From NCBI GenBank assembly GCA_000830275.1, contig CP010424.1, positions 815,311 through 879,310 of the forward strand: a stretch of 64,000 bases of DNA. Direction: 5' to 3'. The position numbers and the translations under genes are program-made. The notes under the pieces are model-generated. The model was not told where the DNA came from. It did no database searches and saw only the letters and a program-made list of their open reading frames with translations. Source of the DNA: an archaeon GW2011_AR10. Lineage in GTDB: Archaea; Iainarchaeota; Iainarchaeia; Iainarchaeales; GW2011-AR10. Positions 46,721 through 53,880 of the stretch are shown here, one piece after another; the first letter of the stretch is position 1; each line of letters begins with the position of its first letter.

Positions 46721-47845
46721 CTAAAACTCTAGCGTAATCTGTTTTTTCTTGAGGTCCACGCTTTGAAGGTTTTCTGCTGCAACCCGGTTTTTGCCTGCAA
46801 CAGATTTAATCTTATACATAATTTCTTTTTCGTTGAGGCCTTTACCTGAGAGGGCTTTCACTGCTTTCACTATTTCCTCCAAGTCATTGTAGTGCGAGTA
46901 AATTAGTTCAGAGCGCTTCCTGTTCTCCTCTATCTGCGCTTCAAACCGCTCTTTTGCCTTCAATTGTTCGCGGAAGTTAACTTCAAGGCGCTCTACTTCC
47001 TTGCTTTTAGTGCTCTCTGCCTCTTTCTTTCCTCCCTCCTTGAAGGAAGCAGCAAAAGCCTCATCCAGGGCACGATTTAGAGAGGAAACGCTTTCCTGTT
47101 TTTCCTGCAAAGAATTGAACCTGAAGGGGAGAAGAGAACTGCCTACTTTTACCGGTGCAAGTTTCTCCAATGAAACAGTGTGGAATTCCTTAATTGCCTT
47201 TGCGAGCTCCCCTGCTTGTTTTTCCTGCAGGGAAGATGCTGCTAAATGCTTTTCCAGGCCGAGGTTGAAGAGAATTTCCTCTGCTGCAAGCGGTGAAATG
47301 TTTATTTCGCGGATTATTGCTCTAGCCAAGTCGGTTTTGCTTTCCTTTAAGGCTGAAGAAAAGGGTTTTTCGTTAATTTCAAGCGGTGAAATGCCTTGCT
47401 GTGGCGGCAGCTTGTAGGGAGAACCCCTTTTAAGGGTTCTGTCACGCCATTCCCTTGGATTCTGCACTGCCAGTATTGTGAGTTCCTTGTCTGTTAGTAT
47501 GATGTTGCTGTGCTGAACGAACTCAAGGAAGAGGAAGTACTCTTCAAAAGAAATTTTTACAATGCGGTCAAGGCCCTGCTGTTCAATGCAGGAAATGCGC
47601 CTATTAAGGAGGTGCTTTTTCATTGACTGGATAAGGGGGGAGCTTCCTTCCCCTGCAGGAAGCCTGAATGATGTCAGAAAAAAGGAGGAAGGCGTTATTA
47701 TTATGTCTTTTGGCCCTTCCCCTGAGTGAATTTTTAGCTTCAACACCCCCTTTTGGAGCAACTGAACCTTGTTTAGAAAGGATTTTTCCACTAATGGCTT
47801 CAGCTCCTCCACGAGGTAGGCAAGGGCAAGGTTGAATAGCTGCAT
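46721..47845 (-). CDS. NFACT-N (FbpA/Rqc2-like) domain protein; short form.
   Basis: N-terminal MQLFNLALAYLVEEL...DRIVKISFEE...SNIILTD...YKLPPQ matches the NFACT-N signature. Only 374 aa; archaeal homologs are usually about 600 aa or more. Start moved to the ATG. Confidence 0.55.
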   Translation of the reverse strand: MQLFNLALAYLVEELKPLVEKSFLNKVQLLQKGVLKLKIHSGEGPKDIIITPSSFFLTSFRLPAGEGSSPLIQSMKKHLLNRRISCIEQQGLDRIVKISFEEYFLFLEFVQHSNIILTDKELTILAVQNPREWRDRTLKRGSPYKLPPQQGISPLEINEKPFSSALKESKTDLARAIIREINISPLAAEEILFNLGLEKHLAASSLQEKQAGELAKAIKEFHTVSLEKLAPVKVGSSLLPFRFNSLQEKQESVSSLNRALDEAFAASFKEGGKKEAESTKSKEVERLEVNFREQLKAKERFEAQIEENRKRSELIYSHYNDLEEIVKAVKALSGKGLNEKEIMYKIKSVAGKNRVAAENLQSVDLKKKQITLEF

Positions 47846-47949
47846 AGGGAACAAAAGGGTGTTGAATACTTATTAACCTAATTAGTGCATGCAAATGGGC
47901 GAGGTAAAGGCTGAAACAAAATATTAATGTTTTCACGGATTATATTGCT

Positions 47950-48594
47950 ATGCCGGGAAAACCAATAGAACGCGGGCGGTTTAGACGGTTTATTTCAAGG
48001 CTTAACCCGAGAAGAGTTCTAAGGAACCGTGCACTCAACAGAACCCTTGTGGAAGCGGATGTTTTTACTGCGCAAGGACAAATCGCTTTCGCTGCTGCTG
48101 TTTTAGAGAAATACGATGCAAGAAACAGAAAAATCGAGGAGCATGAATTAAGGGCAGGCTCGACAAAAGCATGGGATACGCCTGTTATCCGGAATGCGTT
48201 AGAGCAAAAACTCAATGGGCAAATTTTTGGTGGCTTTGGGCAGCTGAGCAAAGAGCTGCCTGAAATTATCAGGGGAAAGAATGCAAGACCAGAACATTTA
48301 ACGGAAAGAATTAAACAATTGAATCCCAACATCAGAAATGCAAGTGAAGCAGGGGCGGAAGCCAAAAGAATTGCTGACGAACTGAACCGCAGAAGCACAA
48401 AGGCATACAATGCAAACTTTGAAATTTTAGTTTTGTCTGAAGAAATCAGGGCAAAGATAAAAAAAGGCGGAAGGGAATTAACTGAAAGCGAAAAGCGAAG
48501 ATTGTTTGATTTAAAGAATGCGAAGGATGCGTTCGGGCAGATTCTAACCGGAGTGCACGGCAATATTGAATTGCTCAGCGAACAATTCAACTAA
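47950..48594 (+). CDS. Hypothetical Arg-rich protein (214 aa).
   Basis: ATG start. The alternative minus-strand ORF over the same span is low-complexity S/L/F, so the plus frame is preferred. Confidence 0.4.
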   Translation: MPGKPIERGRFRRFISRLNPRRVLRNRALNRTLVEADVFTAQGQIAFAAAVLEKYDARNRKIEEHELRAGSTKAWDTPVIRNALEQKLNGQIFGGFGQLSKELPEIIRGKNARPEHLTERIKQLNPNIRNASEAGAEAKRIADELNRRSTKAYNANFEILVLSEEIRAKIKKGGRELTESEKRRLFDLKNAKDAFGQILTGVHGNIELLSEQFN

Positions 48595-48603
48595 GGCTAT
48601 TTT

Positions 48604-49764
48604 ATGAAAGGGAAAACAATTGTTTTGGGGATTACGGGAAGTGTTGCAGCAGTTAAAGCGTTTGAGTTGTGCAGGCTGCTCAGGAAAAAAGGCGCTGAAG
48701 TGCAGGTTGTGATGAGCGAGGCAGCACTAAAGCTTGTTGGAGAGCAGGCAATGGAGTGGGCTTCAGGGAACAAGGTTATAACTTCCTTGAGCGGAGCAAC
48801 AGAGCACGTGCAGCTGTTTGGCGCAAAAGGGAAAGCAGATTTGCTGTTAATTGCACCTGCAACAGCAAACACAATTTCAAAAATCGCAATGGGAATAGAT
48901 GACACTCCAATCACTACTTTCGCTACAACAGCAATTGGAAGCAAAAAACCAGTTATAATTGCGCCTGCAATGCACGAGCCAATGTATGAGCACCCTATTG
49001 TGAAAGAAAACCTTGCAAAACTTGAAGCAATGCAAAGGGTGCGCGTAATTAGGCCGTTTATTGAGGATGAGAAAGCAAAACTAAAGGATGTTGATGAAAT
49101 AGTGCTGGAGTGCGAGAAAGCACTGACAAAGCAGACACTGAGTAAAAAAAAAGTTATTATAACCAGCGGGGCAACAATTGAAGAAATTGATCCGATTAGA
49201 GTTTTAACCTCAAAAAGCTCCGGGAAAACAGGAAGAGAAATAGCAAGGGAAGCTTACAGGCGGGGAGCAGATGTTACTCTTCTACATAATGGGGTTGTTG
49301 AATCCGCAATTGCCTCTGTTGAGGCAAAATCAGGAAAAGAAATGCTTGATGCCACAATCCGAGAACTGGATAAGGGGGCTGATTTCCTTGTCTGCGCTGC
49401 GGCAATAAGCGATTTCAGCGTGAAAAAGAGCAATGAAAAAATCAAATCTGAAAAAAGGTTTTCAATAGAAATGGTTCCTGCAGAAAAACTGATTGAAAAG
49501 GCAAGAAAAAGGTTTCCTAAACTGAAAATTGCGGGCTTTAAGGCGGAAACCAATAAAAGCATGAAAGAGCTTGAAAAAATTGCTAAAGAATTTTTGAGGA
49601 AAAACAAATTGCAGCTTGTTGTGGCAAACGATGTTGCAAGGAACGAAATGGGTTCTGATATTAACGAGGTTTTAATTGTTTCAGAAAAAAATAATGCAGT
49701 TGTGAAAGGGGAAAAGGAAAAAATTGCTAAAGAAATTTGCAACCAGATTGAAAAAATAATCTAA
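48604..49764 (+). CDS. coaBC: Bifunctional phosphopantothenoylcysteine decarboxylase / phosphopantothenate-cysteine ligase (CoaBC/Dfp).
   Basis: N-terminal flavoprotein fold (GITGSVAAVKAFEL) plus a C-terminal CoaB domain (AISDF, KIKSEK). Confidence 0.85.
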   Translation: MKGKTIVLGITGSVAAVKAFELCRLLRKKGAEVQVVMSEAALKLVGEQAMEWASGNKVITSLSGATEHVQLFGAKGKADLLLIAPATANTISKIAMGIDDTPITTFATTAIGSKKPVIIAPAMHEPMYEHPIVKENLAKLEAMQRVRVIRPFIEDEKAKLKDVDEIVLECEKALTKQTLSKKKVIITSGATIEEIDPIRVLTSKSSGKTGREIAREAYRRGADVTLLHNGVVESAIASVEAKSGKEMLDATIRELDKGADFLVCAAAISDFSVKKSNEKIKSEKRFSIEMVPAEKLIEKARKRFPKLKIAGFKAETNKSMKELEKIAKEFLRKNKLQLVVANDVARNEMGSDINEVLIVSEKNNAVVKGEKEKIAKEICNQIEKII

Positions 49765-49829
49765 CAAACAAAAAGAATTATTAAGCAGAAATTTACGGGT
49801 CTGTAACGTTTTTGTTGAAACCCCTATTT

Positions 49830-50096
49830 TTACTGGCTTTTTATCCACTTTTCGTATTGTTTGTGGTTTCCTGCAAGGTGAATCGTTTTTATTTTTTCTT
49901 TTTCGTCAATTTTTATGACAATTCTGTACTGACCAGCTTCCGCAACATAGAATTCTATTCCGTGCTTTAAATGCCTCGTTTTTGTTTCTTCCTTTTGTTG
50001 CTGGATTTTCCCCCAAATCATTGTTTGAACTGATTTGTCCATTTTTAAAAAGTGTTTATCCCAACCAGGCTCAAAAATGAGAGAATAAACAGCCAT
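49830..50096 (-). CDS. relE: RelE/ParE-family toxin.
   Basis: 88 aa. ...YRIVIKIDEKEKIKTIHLAGNHKQY matches the RelE C-terminal pattern. Start moved to the ATG (MAVYSLIF). Confidence 0.55.
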   Translation of the reverse strand: MAVYSLIFEPGWDKHFLKMDKSVQTMIWGKIQQQKEETKTRHLKHGIEFYVAEAGQYRIVIKIDEKEKIKTIHLAGNHKQYEKWIKSQ

Positions 50097-50106
50097 TGGT
50101 TCCACT

Positions 50107-50334
50107 TTAAAAACCGTACTTGTGCTTTACCTGCTCTTCACTTAAATATTTCAGGCCTTTAGATTTCATTTCTGCTTCTTCTTTAGCAATTTTTCTTGCA
50201 ACAAGCTCTAGTTCAACACTTTGTGCGCTAACAGAACTCGAAGAAAGCCTTTTCTCCATTTTTTTAACTCTGCTTTCCAAGCTTTCAACCCGCTTTAAAA
50301 CCTTCTGCAAAGAAACACTTTTGCCATTGACCAT
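50107..50334 (-). CDS. Putative cognate antitoxin (75 aa, coiled-coil).
   Basis: Small ORF 10 nt upstream of relE in the canonical antitoxin-first order. Start at the internal ATG. Confidence 0.35.
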   Translation of the reverse strand: MVNGKSVSLQKVLKRVESLESRVKKMEKRLSSSSVSAQSVELELVARKIAKEEAEMKSKGLKYLSEEQVKHKYGF

Positions 50335-50437
50335 TGCGACCACATAAAACTATTCCTCATTTATCATTATAAACATTTCTCAAAGTATTCGCAAAAGAAA
50401 TATGCAACCAGATTGAAAAAATTGTTTAATTGGATTC

Positions 50438-51661
50438 TTACACGCCGTTTTCTAATGCAGCAAGGCCGGGAAGCTTTTTTCCGGCAAGGTATTCGAGGAG
50501 CGCTTTTCCTGCAATGCTTACATGCGTGAAGTCCTGCGGAAGCAAGCCAATCTGGAACAAGGCCCTTTCAGTATCGCCGCCACCAACCAAAGAGAAGCAC
50601 CTGCTGAACGCAATTGTCTCAAGGAGCTTTTTTGTTCCAATCTCAAAGCTTTTCTGCTCGTAAACCCCTAATGGGCCATTGAACACAACAAGCTTTGAAG
50701 CGCGCACTTTCTTTTTGAACAGCTCGGTTGTTCCAACGCCAATGTCAAGGATGGCCTCTTCAACAGGAAGGTCCTTTAGCTTAAGTTCCCTTCTGCCTCC
50801 ATTCGGCTTTGAAGCAACATCAACCGGCAGCACAATCCTTGAACCGTGCTTTTTCAGAAGCGCTGCGGCTTTCGGAAGCAATTTTTTCATTTCTTCTGTT
50901 TCAAACAATGCGTCGCTTTTCCCAAAATTGACGCCTTTTGCCTTCAGGAAAACTTCTCCAAACAATCCGCCAATGCAGACCTCATTGCAGAGCTTTTTTT
51001 CCAGCATTGATTCAACGATTTCAATGCTGTCTGAAACTTTTGCCCCGCCCAAAACAAGGAGTTTTCCGTCTTTTATTTCTTCAAGTTTTTTGAGGCCTTC
51101 AAGCTCTCTTTTCAGCACTGGCCCAACAAAGCTTGGAAGCCTTGCGGCCAACGCAACAACGCTTGCATGGTTTCTGTGGCAAACGCTTAATGCATCCTGA
51201 ACAAAGTAGTCTGCCACTCCTGCCAATGATTTGAATGGCTCAACAGCTACAAAGTCTTTGGCTGTTTTTCCCTTGGCTTCCTCAATATCCAAAAACCTTG
51301 TGTTGTCCAAAACAACAACTGTTCCTTCCCTCATTTCCTTGATTGCCTTTACAAAGTTTTCATCCCATTTAACGAATTTTACATTCCTATCAACAAATTT
51401 TTTAATAAAATCGGCATGCCTTTTAAGCGGGATGAAATCCGCTTCGCCTTTTCTTCCCTGGTGGCTTAAAACAACTACTTTGGCTCCTTCCTCGCAGAGA
51501 GCATAAATTGTTTTAGCGTGCTCTCTCAGCCTTGAGGAAACAACAACGCGGCCTTCAACAATGCTGCTGTTGAGGTCAACCCTTACAACAACAGTTTTTC
51601 CTTTAAGCTCTTGGTCAAAAACGTCTTTGAAGGGCAAAATTTCACCTTGGGATCCTAACAT
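50438..51661 (-). CDS. pgk: Phosphoglycerate kinase.
   Basis: 407 aa. Archaeal PGK N-terminus (...VVVRVDLNSSIVEGR...) and a GGGD-type C-terminus. The ATG follows the track's TTG by one codon. Confidence 0.9.
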   Translation of the reverse strand: MLGSQGEILPFKDVFDQELKGKTVVVRVDLNSSIVEGRVVVSSRLREHAKTIYALCEEGAKVVVLSHQGRKGEADFIPLKRHADFIKKFVDRNVKFVKWDENFVKAIKEMREGTVVVLDNTRFLDIEEAKGKTAKDFVAVEPFKSLAGVADYFVQDALSVCHRNHASVVALAARLPSFVGPVLKRELEGLKKLEEIKDGKLLVLGGAKVSDSIEIVESMLEKKLCNEVCIGGLFGEVFLKAKGVNFGKSDALFETEEMKKLLPKAAALLKKHGSRIVLPVDVASKPNGGRRELKLKDLPVEEAILDIGVGTTELFKKKVRASKLVVFNGPLGVYEQKSFEIGTKKLLETIAFSRCFSLVGGGDTERALFQIGLLPQDFTHVSIAGKALLEYLAGKKLPGLAALENGV

Positions 51662-51663
51662 CA

Positions 51664-51701
51664 ATGGAACAGCAAAAACAATAAATAAGTAACATTTTTG
51701 C
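51664..51701 (-). promoter_or_regulatory. 38-nt promoter module abutting the pgk ATG. Read on the gene strand: CAAAAATGTTACTTATTTATTGTTTTTGCTGTTCCATT.
   Basis: 37 of 38 identical to the module upstream of gap (53811..53848). Contains a TATA-like TTATTTATT. The pgi upstream region shares TTATT...GCTGTTTCCA. Confidence 0.55.
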
Positions 51702-51786
51702 GTGGTTTGCCGTTAGTTTTGGCAAAAGCCGCAATCGCAGAAAAAGCCTGCTAAAGTTATTAAGCTGTTTCCACACAAATTCTTTC

Positions 51787-52542
51787 ATGGCTGAACTGAG
51801 GGAAAAAAGCGGCCTTCCACTGAAACTCGAAGGGAACAAACTTGTTTTCGGGAAACCATTAAAGCAGGTTAAGGCAGAAGCAAGAACATTAGAGCAAATG
51901 AAACCTGTTCTGCTTGAGCCAAACGCAAAGGCTTCGCAAGAACTCTATTTCATGTACCGAAATGTCTGCCTCGAAAAGCACAGGAAAAAAATTGAAGAGA
52001 ATGGGTTGAGGTATGATTTGACCGTAATTCCTCCTGCAACAATCGGAAAAGAATTCATTAAAACAATGGGGCACTTTCACCCAAATGTTCCCAGCACTTC
52101 AGTTGCTTTTCCGGAAGTTTACGAGGTGCTGCACGGAGCAGCGCACTACTTGCTCCAGAAAAAAGATGGAAGCGATGCAGTTGTTTTGAAAGCAGTTACA
52201 GGAGAAAAGGCTTTGATTCCTCCAAGTTACGGTCACATTACAATTAATGCGGGAAAGGAAACATTGGTTATGAGCAACTGGGTTTCAATGAGCTTTTCAT
52301 CAGAGTACGGAGCAATAAAGGAAAAGCATGGAGGAATGTACTTTGAGACAGTTAATGGCTGGGTTAAAAACAATAATTATTCAAGCGTTCCGAAGCTGAG
52401 GGAAGTTAAAGCAAAAAATGTTGAAATTTTTGGCTTGATTAAAAATAAGCCAATGTATTTTTTGGCTGAAGAAATTGAAAAACTTGAGTTCCTAAACAAA
52501 CCGCAGAATTACTTGGAAGTTTTTGAAAAATATTTGAAATGA
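51787..52542 (+). CDS. pgi: Cupin-type phosphoglucose isomerase (cPGI).
   Basis: IGKEFIKTMGHFHP...EVYEVLHGAAHYLLQ and ALIPPSYGHITINAG align with Pyrococcus/Thermococcus cupin PGI (GKEFFFTKGHFHA...EVYVAL.G...LLQ, VPPYWAHRTVN). Confidence 0.65.
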   Translation: MAELREKSGLPLKLEGNKLVFGKPLKQVKAEARTLEQMKPVLLEPNAKASQELYFMYRNVCLEKHRKKIEENGLRYDLTVIPPATIGKEFIKTMGHFHPNVPSTSVAFPEVYEVLHGAAHYLLQKKDGSDAVVLKAVTGEKALIPPSYGHITINAGKETLVMSNWVSMSFSSEYGAIKEKHGGMYFETVNGWVKNNNYSSVPKLREVKAKNVEIFGLIKNKPMYFLAEEIEKLEFLNKPQNYLEVFEKYLK

Positions 52543-52591
52543 CGTCCTCCACTGCCTAAAGGCAGAGGTATCCCAACATTTAATGGACGTC
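52541..52591 (+). repeat. Copy B of the stop-codon-abutting inverted-repeat element (GACGTCCTCCACTGCCTAAAGGCAGAGG...CAACATTTAATGGACGTC).
   Basis: Begins within the TGA of pgi and is followed by CCGTCAACGCAA. See copy A. Confidence 0.5.
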
Positions 52592-52606
52592 ATGAACCCG
52601 TCAACG

Positions 52607-52660
52607 CAACACTTTGTCAAAAAGAAAACAGGTGTTTTTATTTCACTTGACAAAGTGTTG
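52607..52660. terminator. 14-bp perfect inverted repeat CAACACTTTGTCAA-N26-TTGACAAAGTGTTG between the convergent pgi and gap; candidate bidirectional terminator hairpin.
   Basis: Read directly; the loop contains a T-run. Confidence 0.4.
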
Positions 52661-52736
52661 AAAAGATACCGAGACAATAACCGCGACTCAAAAGCCGAAG
52701 TATCTTTTGGGTTGAATGAATTTGAATCCGAGTAAA

Positions 52737-53732
52737 CTACAATTTTTCAATCAGGTCAACAATGCGCTGCGAGTAGCCGAGCTCGTTGTCATACCATGCA
52801 AGCACCTTAACCATGTTGCCGCCAAGCACCATCGTTGACTGCGCGTCAAAAATGCTTGAATGCCTGTTTCCAATGACATCGCTTGAAACAATTGGGTCAT
52901 CAGTGTACTCGAGAATTCCTTTTAGGTAAGTTTCGCTTGCTTTCTTCATTGCAGAATTGACCTGCTCAACTGAAACATTCTTTTCCAGTTCTGCAACGAG
53001 GTCAATCAAGCTCCCGTTTGGAACCGGAACCCTTAAAGCAATTCCTTCAACTTTTCCTTTCAGCTCTGGAATCACTTTTGCTGCTGCCTTGCTTGCGCCA
53101 GTGGAAGTTGGAATAATGTTTAGTGCAGCGGCCCTTGCCCTCCGCAAATCCTTGTGCGAACCATCAAGAACTCTCTGGTCATTTGTGTAGCCGTGCACTG
53201 TTGTCATGAAAGCGCGCTTTACTTTGAAGTTGTCGTTGAGGACGCGCAGCACTGGCATCAAGCAGTTTGTGGTGCAGGAAGCGCTGTCAATTATTTCCTC
53301 ATTTTTCTTTAAAACCTCATCATTGACGCCGAGCACAACAGATGAAACTTGTTCGTCGCCTTTTGCTGGAGCGGAAATCACCACTCTTTTTGCTCCTGCC
53401 TTAATGTGTGCTAATGCGTCCTCTTTTTTCCTCAGCTCGCCGGAGCTTTCAACCAATACATCAATTTTGAGCTGCTTCCAGGGAAGCTTTTCAGGGACAT
53501 CCCTTTCATTGAAAACCTTTATTTCTTTTCCATTAATAACAATTGCATCCTTTTTTGCTTTCACTGTTCCAGGAAATCTGCCGTGAACTGAATCGTACTT
53601 GAACAGCAAAGCAGAGCCTTCCGCGTCCCTTACGCCGTTAATTGCAACCCACTCGATTTTTTTGCTGTCAATTCCTGCGCGGAGCACAAGTCTTCCAATT
53701 CTGCCAAAACCGTTAATTGCAACCCTCACCAT
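52737..53732 (-). CDS. gap: Glyceraldehyde-3-phosphate dehydrogenase, type I (bacterial/eukaryotic-type GapA).
   Basis: VAINGFGRIGR Rossmann motif and catalytic SCTTNCL. Start moved to the ATG (MVRVAINGF) with GGAGGT 7 nt upstream. The track's N-terminal extension is promoter sequence. Confidence 0.9.
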   Translation of the reverse strand: MVRVAINGFGRIGRLVLRAGIDSKKIEWVAINGVRDAEGSALLFKYDSVHGRFPGTVKAKKDAIVINGKEIKVFNERDVPEKLPWKQLKIDVLVESSGELRKKEDALAHIKAGAKRVVISAPAKGDEQVSSVVLGVNDEVLKKNEEIIDSASCTTNCLMPVLRVLNDNFKVKRAFMTTVHGYTNDQRVLDGSHKDLRRARAAALNIIPTSTGASKAAAKVIPELKGKVEGIALRVPVPNGSLIDLVAELEKNVSVEQVNSAMKKASETYLKGILEYTDDPIVSSDVIGNRHSSIFDAQSTMVLGGNMVKVLAWYDNELGYSQRIVDLIEKL

Positions 53733-53810
53733 GCCAAAACCTCCAATAAGCCTTTTAGGAAAAGGCTCGCGAAAAAGTGGCTTCGCCAAAGCCTTGAATC
53801 CTGCTAATTG

Positions 53811-53848
53811 AATGGAACAGCAAAAACAATAAATAGGTAACATTTTTG
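53811..53848 (-). promoter_or_regulatory. Second copy of the 38-nt glycolytic promoter module, about 75 nt upstream of the gap ATG.
   Basis: AATGGAACAGCAAAAACAATAAATAGGTAACATTTTTG on the plus strand; 37 of 38 identical to the pgk copy. Confidence 0.55.
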
Positions 53849-53880
53849 GGATTGGGAAAAAAATAAGTCTGTGGCTGGCG

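Larger units (their letters stand above)
49758..50393. mobile_element. Putative integrated RelE-family TA cassette (about 0.64 kb), bounded by 29-nt direct repeats at 49729..49757 and 50394..50422. Both repeats encode the coaBC C-terminus AKEICNQIEKI.
   Basis: AAAGAAATTTGCAACCAGATTGAAAAAAT (end of coaBC) versus AAAGAAATATGCAACCAGATTGAAAAAAT (intergenic, in frame, followed by a stop); 28 of 29 identical. Confidence 0.45.

Noticed and set aside
47940-48590. Minus-strand 216-aa ORF mirroring the 214-aa plus-strand gene.
   Set aside because: S/L/F low-complexity composition typical of the antisense of a K/E/R-rich gene. The plus-strand ORF has an ATG and a protein-like composition.
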